Part shown: positions 38,434-46,717 of the stretch, piece by piece
Position numbering within the stretch: the first letter of the stretch is position 1
How the letters are laid out: each line of letters opens with the position of its first letter
NCBI GenBank assembly: GCA_020831625.1
Contig: JAFIGD010000001.1
Coordinates: 139,296 to 203,295, forward strand
Reading direction: 5' to 3'
Length of the DNA: 64,000 nt
Source of the DNA: Verrucomicrobiota bacterium
GTDB lineage: Bacteria; Verrucomicrobiota; Kiritimatiellia; SS1-B-03-39; UBA6053
Translations under genes and position numbers: made by a program
Notes under the pieces: model-generated
What the model was told of the DNA's origin: nothing
Seen by the model: the letters and a program-made list of their open reading frames with translations, nothing else
Databases searched by the model: none

Positions 38434-38836
38434 GAAAATAGTTTCCCTGCCCATGTTGGTCGTCCTGAAAATTGTGGCCGTGATGGACAGGGAACACGCC
38501 CGCCATAAAAAAGACGGTACCGATATTGCCTTCATTCTTGAAAACTACCTCAACGCGGGCAACGGTTTGCGTTTATTGGAGGGACCGAATGCGGATTTGA
38601 TGGCAGCTTGCGGCAATGATCTGGATGCCGCCACTGCGCGACTGTTGGGACGGGACATGGCCACGGAAATGCACCCGGACACCAGAAACCGCATTCGCAC
38701 ATATCTCGAGGAACAGGTGAAGAGTAGTGGGCGTTGTCACTTGGTTCATGGACTGATGGCTTCGTCCCGCTTCCCGACCTTCCCTGTTGCACGGGCTTGT
38801 CTGGGCAATGTACTTGCAGGGATAGAAAACATATGA
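38396..38836 (+). CDS. Low-GC small protein overlapping the previous CDS; KDGTDIAFIL motif reminiscent of the C-terminal region of AbiEii-type nucleotidyltransferases (tentative; possibly a frameshifted remnant)
   Basis: The ATG at 38396 lies inside the 3' end of the upstream CDS in another frame. The ORF track extends it to a GTG at 38318. It reads LKIVAVMDREHARHKKDGTDIAFILENYL. It is too short to contain an NTase fold. Confidence 0.3.
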   Translation: MKNTFGLWQHPIEKIVSLPMLVVLKIVAVMDREHARHKKDGTDIAFILENYLNAGNGLRLLEGPNADLMAACGNDLDAATARLLGRDMATEMHPDTRNRIRTYLEEQVKSSGRCHLVHGLMASSRFPTFPVARACLGNVLAGIENI

Positions 38837-38846
38837 TGAAAACCAA

Positions 38847-39033
38847 AACAGAACCTGCTGATAATGCCGAATCACCGCATCTTTGCCAATCCAGCGTCGG
38901 CATCAGTAAGCCCCCCGGAAAACCAGGCCCAATCCACCATCACAGCAAAAACGCATCACATCTCTCATCCCCCACTCCCTGCCACGCCCCCGCCCCCGGT
39001 CCAACCTCATTTTCTAACGACACCGGGAAAAAT
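38847..39033. repeat. Copy B of the mod 5' duplication, including a degenerate MPTLDW start-codon fragment (38858-38903, minus strand)
   Basis: Minus-strand atgccgacgctggattggcaaagatgcggtgattcggcat matches the mod start with a small deletion. It also drives the spurious ORF 38550..38903. Confidence 0.8.
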
Positions 39034-39059
39034 GTTGCTCCTTGGTAACAATTGTTACC

Positions 39060-39440
39060 GATTTAAGGAGTCCAACCCCATTTCCTGATCACTCCGGGAA
39101 AAATGAGTCGTTCCGACGCTCGAAAAAGGACCGGCATGATTTTCCGAACGTCGGAACGTTGGACTGGACCATTTCAAGGCTCGGAGGCAAAGCGGAAAAG
39201 CATCAGTGTCCACCTTCCCGCAGTGCTACGCGCAGCGTTGCAGGCGGGTCAGTGTCATCAGTGGTTTTCCCTCACCATACCTAAATCCCTTCCGCCCAGG
39301 CACAGAGGATAGGTATCAGTGTTCATCAGTGTCATCAGTGGTTTTTCTCCACCGCACCTTGCCCCTCCACCCAAGCACGGCGGACAGGTAGATATCCGTG
39401 TCCATCCGTGTCCATCCGTGGTTCTATTCTTCCGTGCCCC
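39060..39440. repeat. Mosaic of short interspersed repeat families X, Y, Z and W in non-coding DNA downstream of the 128-aa ORF
   Basis: X element: ccaaccccatttcctgatcactccgggaaaaatgag (also at about 36815 and about 39000). Y element: palindromic hairpin gttccgacgctcg...cgtcggaac (39098-39148; also 46662-46710 and 61985-62035). Z element: cccgcagtgctacgcgcagcgttgcaggcgggtca...tcagtggttttcc (also about 37180-37235). W elements: two units of cacRgMggaYaggtatcagtg...atcagtggttttt, the same family as the 52745-53455 array. Confidence 0.8.
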
Positions 39441-39448
39441 GGGTTCCC

Positions 39449-39835
39449 TCATCCTCCCGCATTCTCCGCGATCACCCGCTCCAGCTCCTCGATCATCTTC
39501 ACGAGGTCGCTCAAATAGATCGCCTCGGCCATGGGCTTGCCGTCGCTTTGATCCCGAAGCGGCACGAAAAATCCGTCCCGCCATTGCTTGCATTTCGCAA
39601 CCAGGGCGTCGTGCGCCAGCGCCCTCGCGGCGGTTTCGTCCAGCAGACGCATGATTTCCCGCAAAATGAATTGCGTCACCGCCCCTTTCTGCGCGAGCAG
39701 GGTGCGGATCTCGGGATCGAGGCCGGCGGAGCGCGCGTCGAGTTCCCGGTTGAGTTCCCCCAGAATTTCCGTGGCCGTGTCCAAGGCATGGCTGCTGGTT
39801 TTGGGTTTATTCGCCACTTTATTCGCCTTGGACAT
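39449..39835 (-). CDS. Small hypothetical protein (128 aa) overlapping the 3' end of the giant ATPase gene by 17 nt
   Basis: ATG at 39835. No motif was recognised. It is helical and charged. Confidence 0.45.
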   Translation of the reverse strand: MSKANKVANKPKTSSHALDTATEILGELNRELDARSAGLDPEIRTLLAQKGAVTQFILREIMRLLDETAARALAHDALVAKCKQWRDGFFVPLRDQSDGKPMAEAIYLSDLVKMIEELERVIAENAGG

Positions 39836-42800
39836 GACCGCCCCCCTGTCCGAGTTCGTCGATCAAAACGCGGTACGCCCCCCGGGCCCGCCGCAGACGT
39901 TCCTGCAAGTGCTCGGGATCGCTTTCCCCTTCGTGATGCAGACTCTCCTGCAGGCGCTCGAACTGCTGCTCCAGCAACAGCGACAGCTTGGAGGCCCCCG
40001 CCGGTTTTTCCGCTTTCGCCGCCACTTCCGGGGGCCGCGCTCTGGCGAGAATATCCTCCAGCCGGTCCAGGGTGTCCGCGCCGAGAACCGTTTCCACCGG
40101 ACCCGCGGGCGCTTTGCCGCCCACGCCCTGCTTCAGCACGTCGCGAATTTCGTGCAGACCCTCGCCCAGTCCGGAAAGCTGGGCCACCGCCTGCCCCACC
40201 CGGTCGTCCTCTCCGGCGCCGCGCAACAACTGATTGCGGGCGTAGGAGCGTTTGATTTCCGCCCACCGGGCCTGTTCTTCTTCGGTGGCCAAGTCGAGGA
40301 TCAACCTGAATTTCAGCAGGTTGGCCTCCGCGCCGGTCGTGAGCGTCTGGGCTTCGTTGGTGTATTCGGAATAAATCGTGGTTTCCAGTTCCCGCTCGTT
40401 CATCACCGCCTCCACCTTCTCGGCGAGACGGTTCATGTTGCGGTAGGACCCCTGCAGCTTGAAAGCCGGTTCGGTGCGGAACTCGTCCGCCTGCCCGGCG
40501 CTGCGGATGTATTCCTCGTTCACGCGCAGGACCACGTCCCGGATGCGAATCATCTTTTCCATCACCGAAATAATTTCCTGCAGCTCGCCCGCGGAATAGT
40601 TGCCTTCCAGCTCCACCCCTTCGCGGGACCCGGTTTCGGCGATGCGGATGACCGAATAAATGTCTTTCTTGCTGCCGGAGGACAGCCGGTTCAGGGCCGG
40701 ATTCGAGGTGAGCGCGTTTTCGAGGAAGCTGAGCTTGAACACGTCGCCGTTGTCCCCGAGAATGTCCCCGAGGTTATAGGTGTCGGCGCGGTTGGCGAGC
40801 ATGTCGGGGATACGGAATTTCTCCCCGCTTTCGGTGTAGGGGTTCCCGGCCATGACCACAGACACTTTTTTGCCGCGCAGGTCGTAGGTTTTCGTGTTCC
40901 CTTTGTACACACCCTCGATTTTGCGCTGCGCATCGCACAGCGAAATGAATTTCTGCAGAAACTCGGGATTGCAGTGCTGGATGTCATCGAGATAAATCAT
41001 CACGTTGTCGCCCATTTCCAACGCCAGCCCCAGCTTGTGCAGCTCCTCGCGGGCGGCGGCGTTGGGCGCTTCACTCGGATCGAGCGATGTGACGTGATGC
41101 CCGATGGCGGGTCCGTTGATTTTCATAAACACCACGCCCAATCGGTTGGCGACGTATTCCATCAGCGTGGTTTTCCCGTACCCGGGCGGGGAAATGAGCA
41201 TCAACATGCCGCTGCGGTCAGTACGGGTGTTGTGACCCGCCACCCCGATCTGCTTGGCGAGGTTGTCGCCGATCAGCGGCAGGTACACGCGGTCGATGAG
41301 CCGGTTGCGCACAAAGGAGGTCATCACCCTGGGCTTGAATTCGTCCAGACGCATTTCCTTGCGGGTCCGCTCCAGAAATTCCTTTTTCATGCGGCCGAAG
41401 GCCTCGAAACGGGGCACGGATTCGCGCACAAAGCGGTCCAGCCGCAACACGAATTCGTTGTACCGCAGTTCCAACCGACCCTCCTGCAATCGGCGGTGCG
41501 CCCCGCGCAGTCCCCCGATCTCCCGGCGGGTCCCCAGTTCGGAAACGCGGGCGGGCGCATAGGCCTCGGCGAACACCAGCGCCGCCGCCTCGTCCAGTCC
41601 TTCGGCCCATTCCCCGTTGGGCTTGCTTTCCAGATAACCGCGCATCCATTCACGGATCAGGCCATATTCCGCCACCGGACGGCTTCGGACCTTTTCCCGC
41701 GCCTCGTCGAACGCTTTTTGACCCGCGAGCTTCTTGAGATGCGCCTGAAACGCCTTGATCAGCGCCCCGGCTTCGGGGCTGATGGGATGCTCGCCCTCCC
41801 CGGTTTCCACGTCGAACAGATACGTCGCAGCAGTCTCCGCCAGCCGGGGATCAAACCAGGGGACGGATTCCGCGAACGCGGCGATGCGGTCCCGCAATTC
41901 GCTCAGCGCGTCGTCCTGACGCCGCTGCTGACGGAAGACTTTGTTGGAGGCGGCCATGCCCTGCAAACGGGCCTGCATGATCTCAAAGGCCTCGTCCTGT
42001 TTGAACCCGGTCCAGAACACCAGCGCCAGCGCCCGGGCGGAGGTGTGCGCCCGCAGCAGACCCAGCGAAAAATGCATTTCCAAAAGCGCCTTGAGGATTT
42101 TCCCGGCATCCTCGTCATGCACCCCCTTTTGATAGCCCTCGGCATAGCGGGGCGCCATAAAGGTCTGCACCTTCTGAATCAGCGCGGGCTCCTCCAGCTC
42201 CGCGTCCTCGGGTCGGGCATCCGCCAAGAGGCGATATGCCAGATATTCGGCCCGATAGACCTCCGCATCCTCTGAAATCAGATCCTGGGACCACACGGAG
42301 CGGGTTTCGAGAAACGCGGAATCGGTGATGGCTTCGAAAAAATTGGTGCCGGTCAGGTGCATCATCATCTGATCGCCGCGCGGCACGATGGTGAGGTCCA
42401 GCGCCTGGGTGTTCACCGAGAACTGATGCCGCCCGAATTTGATGATGTTTTCCCCGCCCACGAACAACTCGGATCGGTCATGCAACTGCCGCACCCCCTC
42501 CTCGCGGGCGCTCTTGAGCTTGGTCTCAATGTCCCCGGCTTTCACCGGATCATCCAGTTCCTTGAGCTGATCCACAATCCCGCGCAGCTTCTCAATCATC
42601 AAATCGGAGGCGAAGTAGCCGTTGATCTCCTCCACGGTTTTCATCGCGTCCACGCGACCCTTGACGCTGTTGAGAATGCGTTCCGCGCTGCGCTGCAGCG
42701 TGTCGGCCCGTTTGTTGCGCGCCTCCACCAGCGACAGACGGCGGGTTTCGAAGGCGTTGTACACTTCCTCCCGCTTTTCGGAGAGCTTGGCCACATAGTC

Positions 42801-45017
42801 GTCGAAATCGGAGAATTTCCCCTCCAGTTCCTCCAACTGAATCATCACCCGTCCCAAATAGCTCTCGCATTTTTCCGGGGAATCACAGACATCCAGATAA
42901 TTAATCACCGCCTGGGACAGCAGCTTCATTTGCGAGGCGAACTCGGCTGAGCCCTCCACCTGGGCCAAATCCCGGATCTTGTTGGTCAGCGCCGCCCGGG
43001 CCTGATTGATCCCGGAAAACAGCGCCGAAATTCCGTCAATGATCCGGGTGCGCTGGGTGGCGTCGTCGATTTTCAGATTGCTGACGATTTCGATGAGCAT
43101 TTCCAGTTCGCCGCTGACCGCCTCGATTTCCTCCTTGAGTTCCTCCCCGTCCTTCACCTTGTCGAGTTTGGCGATGCGCGGTTCCAGGCCTTCAATCTTC
43201 TTCGCGTACGGGGTCATGGCATCGTCGCGCAGCAGGAAATCCACGCATCGCCGGGCCTGACGCTCCGTATGCTCGCGCACCGTTTTTTCCAGCTCATCCA
43301 CCCTCGCCCCGTCCATATAGCGCAGCTCGCGCAGGGAAATCACCTTGCCCCGCAAAGCCCGCAGGCCGGAGAGGGTGTCCACGTGGCCGTTGATGTCGTC
43401 GTGACGCCGCAGACGGATTTCGTTCAGAAGATCCCGGGTTTCTTTTTCCGCCTCCTTGAGCCGCGACGCGGCCGCGTTTTGCAACTGCACCACCTTCTCG
43501 TACTCGTCAATGGCGGCGGCGGCGGCCTCTTTGATTTTCTCCAGCGGCTCGCCCGGATCAAACGCAGCAGACTCGCGGATCCAGAAAAAACTGTCCAGCA
43601 AATCGGTGGATTGACGTGAAACATCCACATACAGATTCGCGTAATTGTCCTCGCGGTTGAGCAGACCCAGCAGTGTCTGACAGCCCGCCATACAGCGGAC
43701 AATATCGCGGTTGCCGATTTTAAAGAGCATCGAATCCTTGTGTTCGGTCACCGCCTCCGCCGTGGCCGAATACGGGGTTTGCCAGACCTGCACCACATGC
43801 GATTTGGTGTGCTCTTCCTGGGCCTTGAAATACATCAGCTCCCCGTCTTTAAAGAGACTGTAGCCGTGGCAGTCGATGGGGGTCTCCACGGTCTGGCTGA
43901 TCAAATTGTAGGAGAGCAGTCCATAGGTCCCGTTTTCACGGTTGTAGAAAATAAACAGGGTGTCCTCACCGTTCGGCGAGGCCACGCGCCGCTCGAAAAG
44001 CATATCGCTGTTGGCGCTGTCGAACTGTTTGTATTCACCGGTCTGGAGATAATAGCCGTTGGGGAAAATAATCCCGTGGTCCTCGGGCAGCAGCACGCAG
44101 GCTCCGGCGATGGCGTCCATGCGCCGCGCCTCGCGGACCTTTTCGCTGTACACGAAATAGCGGAATTTGCTTTCGCGGTAGGGTTTGATTTTCATCAAAA
44201 TCAAATTGCCCACGGAGGCGAAATGAAATTCCGCGTCGTCCAGGGTTTGATCCGGATCCTCCACCGCCTCGGTATAAATCCCCTCGCCGCTGGTCGTGTT
44301 GTCCTCGATCTTGATGGTCAAATTGCCGCCCATGGTTTCCACGAACACCCGGTCCTGGAACGAAATGTGGGGGAATTCGCCGCTGCGCTGCATGTCGCGG
44401 GTGGCCCGCACCCACTCGAACTCGTGCTGGGACGGAAACCGGTATTCATGATCGCTGCGGTTGTCCACATACGTGAACGACCCGTCATCCCCGCGCAGCC
44501 ACTTAAAACACTTCACATCCTTCACGTCCTTGCCCACACGGAACACCATGAAAATATGAGGCCCCACCCGCATGAACTTGGAGAAACGCGTATTCTTGTA
44601 GTATTTGTACAGCTCCGAAAAATCGCGGGCAAACCCCGGATCGTTTAGCAGATCCAGCGTGTCTTCGGTCAGTTTGTGATCCTCAAAGCGATAGACCGCG
44701 AACACATCCTCCGGGGTCATCTCCCTGCGGAGGCCCAGTTGCACATTATAGCCGAAGAGCATTTTCGAGCCCACCGCCACCATGTCGCGCGGCACGCAGT
44801 TGTTGGCCGTCAGCACCCGCTCCGTGCCCACCAGTTTTGGTTCCACGGAGCCGAACACATCACGGCGGGCCGCATTCAGCTTGTCCACCCGCTCCTGCAG
44901 CGCCTCGCCATGCCCCCGCAGACGGCGGCGGATGATCTCATACGCGCCCCCCTCAAACACCGGAGCCTCCGCGCCCGCTTTTTGTTCGTCAGTAACGTTG
45001 GATTTGGAATCAGTCAT
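39819..45017 (-). CDS. Giant (1732 aa) protein with a C-terminal AAA+ ATPase domain (MoxR/McrB-like arrangement); N-terminal roughly 1270 aa unknown and partly coiled-coil
   Basis: Walker A reads LISPPGYGKTTLMEY (about aa 1273-1287, nt about 41160-41200). Walker B reads NVMIYLDDIQH. The sensor region reads VSVVMAGNPYTESGEKFRIPDMLANRADTY (compare MoxR ATQNP...PEAQLDRF and McrB GTMNtaDrs...ALrRRF). It starts 29 nt after COG2865 gene 2. Confidence 0.7.
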   Translation of the reverse strand: MTDSKSNVTDEQKAGAEAPVFEGGAYEIIRRRLRGHGEALQERVDKLNAARRDVFGSVEPKLVGTERVLTANNCVPRDMVAVGSKMLFGYNVQLGLRREMTPEDVFAVYRFEDHKLTEDTLDLLNDPGFARDFSELYKYYKNTRFSKFMRVGPHIFMVFRVGKDVKDVKCFKWLRGDDGSFTYVDNRSDHEYRFPSQHEFEWVRATRDMQRSGEFPHISFQDRVFVETMGGNLTIKIEDNTTSGEGIYTEAVEDPDQTLDDAEFHFASVGNLILMKIKPYRESKFRYFVYSEKVREARRMDAIAGACVLLPEDHGIIFPNGYYLQTGEYKQFDSANSDMLFERRVASPNGEDTLFIFYNRENGTYGLLSYNLISQTVETPIDCHGYSLFKDGELMYFKAQEEHTKSHVVQVWQTPYSATAEAVTEHKDSMLFKIGNRDIVRCMAGCQTLLGLLNREDNYANLYVDVSRQSTDLLDSFFWIRESAAFDPGEPLEKIKEAAAAAIDEYEKVVQLQNAAASRLKEAEKETRDLLNEIRLRRHDDINGHVDTLSGLRALRGKVISLRELRYMDGARVDELEKTVREHTERQARRCVDFLLRDDAMTPYAKKIEGLEPRIAKLDKVKDGEELKEEIEAVSGELEMLIEIVSNLKIDDATQRTRIIDGISALFSGINQARAALTNKIRDLAQVEGSAEFASQMKLLSQAVINYLDVCDSPEKCESYLGRVMIQLEELEGKFSDFDDYVAKLSEKREEVYNAFETRRLSLVEARNKRADTLQRSAERILNSVKGRVDAMKTVEEINGYFASDLMIEKLRGIVDQLKELDDPVKAGDIETKLKSAREEGVRQLHDRSELFVGGENIIKFGRHQFSVNTQALDLTIVPRGDQMMMHLTGTNFFEAITDSAFLETRSVWSQDLISEDAEVYRAEYLAYRLLADARPEDAELEEPALIQKVQTFMAPRYAEGYQKGVHDEDAGKILKALLEMHFSLGLLRAHTSARALALVFWTGFKQDEAFEIMQARLQGMAASNKVFRQQRRQDDALSELRDRIAAFAESVPWFDPRLAETAATYLFDVETGEGEHPISPEAGALIKAFQAHLKKLAGQKAFDEAREKVRSRPVAEYGLIREWMRGYLESKPNGEWAEGLDEAAALVFAEAYAPARVSELGTRREIGGLRGAHRRLQEGRLELRYNEFVLRLDRFVRESVPRFEAFGRMKKEFLERTRKEMRLDEFKPRVMTSFVRNRLIDRVYLPLIGDNLAKQIGVAGHNTRTDRSGMLMLISPPGYGKTTLMEYVANRLGVVFMKINGPAIGHHVTSLDPSEAPNAAAREELHKLGLALEMGDNVMIYLDDIQHCNPEFLQKFISLCDAQRKIEGVYKGNTKTYDLRGKKVSVVMAGNPYTESGEKFRIPDMLANRADTYNLGDILGDNGDVFKLSFLENALTSNPALNRLSSGSKKDIYSVIRIAETGSREGVELEGNYSAGELQEIISVMEKMIRIRDVVLRVNEEYIRSAGQADEFRTEPAFKLQGSYRNMNRLAEKVEAVMNERELETTIYSEYTNEAQTLTTGAEANLLKFRLILDLATEEEQARWAEIKRSYARNQLLRGAGEDDRVGQAVAQLSGLGEGLHEIRDVLKQGVGGKAPAGPVETVLGADTLDRLEDILARARPPEVAAKAEKPAGASKLSLLLEQQFERLQESLHHEGESDPEHLQERLRRARGAYRVLIDELGQGGGHVQGE

Positions 45018-45046
45018 GAGATTAAAAGGTATTTAGGTTATTTTAT

Positions 45047-46555
45047 TCAGGATTCGATAAATTCGAGTCCCTGGGACGTAAGGCGATATTTTTGTAAAGG
45101 ACTTTTCGGTTTTTCCGGAAGCGTCATTTCCACCAAGCCGCATTCAAGCAACGGGATCAAATGCCGTTTATAGTTTAAATAAGCATTGGCCATCCCTATA
45201 GAGTGAAACAATTCAGCTTTGTTTTTCGCTCCTGATTTCATTTCACGAAGCAACTTGTACCCCTGCTTACTCACTTGCTCACCAGCTTGCTCACCAGCTT
45301 GCTCACCAGCTTGCGTATTCTTTTTACGGTTTCGATCAGACACATTCGTTTCCTGATTTGTTTTCGATCCTTCTTTTTGCGACAGGCGACTCTGTTCCGG
45401 CATCAGGGTTAAAGCATTTTTTAAGAAGACGGTAACCCGAACCCGATTAGCCAGTTCTCTTATTTCAGGGTCCTTCAGCCCCAGATTTTCCGCCTCGCGG
45501 AATATACCGGGAATGCCGCTGCCCCATTGCTCAATAAAATCGAGTTCCTTAAACACACGTGCAATCACCGGATTCCTGATCTGAGAAACACCAAGTTTCA
45601 AATCCTCCGGTCGCAGACCCGGCAATAAAAGTCCGGGATTCTCAACTTCAATCCGATCATCATAAAACGCAACACGAACGGGTGTGCCTGTATGGGAATA
45701 ATCCGCATGAACCAAAGCATTGATCACAACCTCACGAAGAATGTTTATGGGAATACTCCAAAGATCTTTCCTGCGAACATCCGAGAAATCAGCCCCGCGC
45801 ATAGCGTGTTTCTTTAAAAACAACATGATTTCCGCCACAGATTTGGGCATGGGGTCATTGATTTCAATGTGATCAAAAATCACAGCTTTGTCCTGCCCCA
45901 TAAAACGGCCGCACTGTATCCATGCGTCGTCAAAATAACGGCGGCGGTTGAGTCCGTACAGCAAAAACCCGCCATGGCTGGGAACCAATTTCCCCTGATG
46001 AAGCACAAGGATTTTAAGACTTTGCATTTTCAGTTCATCAATGATTACGGTTGAAAAATCCTCCCGGATTCTTTCCAGATCCAAATCCTCAACTCCGAAT
46101 TGAGGCATCGGTAACGCATCAAAGCTTACACCTGCCGAACCTCTTTCCAGTTCTGAGATCAGCCGGGTGTCCGCCTGGCGGTTCGTGGCGCCTAACCTGA
46201 CATAAACCCCTTTTTCCATCCCTTCACTTTTTAAGTAATGCGGTCGCGTGTTGCTGGGAAAAACCTCAAGCAATAAAAGCGTTTTCCCGTTTACAGTGGT
46301 TAATTCGATATTTGGCACCAGGTGAGGGGCTATACAATCTGAAATTAAATTGCTGATTCGCTCCACTTCTCCCAGTGGATCTTGAACGCCCACCACATTA
46401 CCGTGATCATCCAGACCGACGATCACCCGCCCCCCGGCAGAATTAGCAAAAGCCACCAGTGTTTTCATCAGGGGTTTAGGTGAAGAAAGGTCACGCTTGA
46501 ACTCAAGCGTTTTACTCTCAGGATCCTTTAAAAGTTCTGGTATGGACAGGGACAT
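45047..46555 (-). CDS. Schlafen-like ATP-binding protein, COG2865 type (AlbA_2 plus HATPase_c_4 plus wHTH), paralog 2
   Basis: Start chosen at the ATG at 46555 (MSLSIPELLKDPESKTLEFKRD); the ORF-track start at 46600 is GTG. It reads LREVVINALVHADYSHTGTPVRVAFYDDRIEVENPG. It contains an (AGEQ)3 repeat linker. Confidence 0.7.
   Translation of the reverse strand: MSLSIPELLKDPESKTLEFKRDLSSPKPLMKTLVAFANSAGGRVIVGLDDHGNVVGVQDPLGEVERISNLISDCIAPHLVPNIELTTVNGKTLLLLEVFPSNTRPHYLKSEGMEKGVYVRLGATNRQADTRLISELERGSAGVSFDALPMPQFGVEDLDLERIREDFSTVIIDELKMQSLKILVLHQGKLVPSHGGFLLYGLNRRRYFDDAWIQCGRFMGQDKAVIFDHIEINDPMPKSVAEIMLFLKKHAMRGADFSDVRRKDLWSIPINILREVVINALVHADYSHTGTPVRVAFYDDRIEVENPGLLLPGLRPEDLKLGVSQIRNPVIARVFKELDFIEQWGSGIPGIFREAENLGLKDPEIRELANRVRVTVFLKNALTLMPEQSRLSQKEGSKTNQETNVSDRNRKKNTQAGEQAGEQAGEQVSKQGYKLLREMKSGAKNKAELFHSIGMANAYLNYKRHLIPLLECGLVEMTLPEKPKSPLQKYRLTSQGLEFIES
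45267..45314 (-). repeat. 12-bp tandem repeat (caccagcttgct, about 3.7 copies), in frame in COG2865 gene 2; encodes (AGEQ)n
   Basis: cacttgct caccagcttgct caccagcttgct caccagcttgcg, read at 45271-45314. Confidence 0.8.
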
Positions 46556-46661
46556 TTGAGGTACTTGGGTGAAGGATTTTCCTAAAGAACAAGAATGCAC
46601 ATTATTCCAAAAAAATAAGCGTTCACGTAATCATAAATCAGCAATTCGTTTCTTAAAAGTG

Positions 46662-46710
46662 TTTCCGACGCTCGGAAAGGATGTGCCTCCATTTTCCGAG
46701 CGTCGGAACG
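46662..46710 (-). terminator. Palindromic Y-family hairpin immediately downstream of the flotillin stop; candidate terminator
   Basis: ttccgacgctcgg / ccgagcgtcggaa is a perfect 13-bp stem with a 17-nt loop. On the minus strand it is followed by ACACTTTTAAG. Confidence 0.4.
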
Positions 46711-46717
46711 GATCAGT

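Noticed and set aside
38550-38903. 117-aa minus-strand ORF beginning MPTLDW
   Set aside because: Only the first six codons derive from the duplicated mod start. The rest is read-through into unrelated low-complexity sequence, so it is a duplication artefact rather than a gene.
39588-42275. 895-aa plus-strand ORF
   Set aside because: It is a shadow of the giant ATPase gene.
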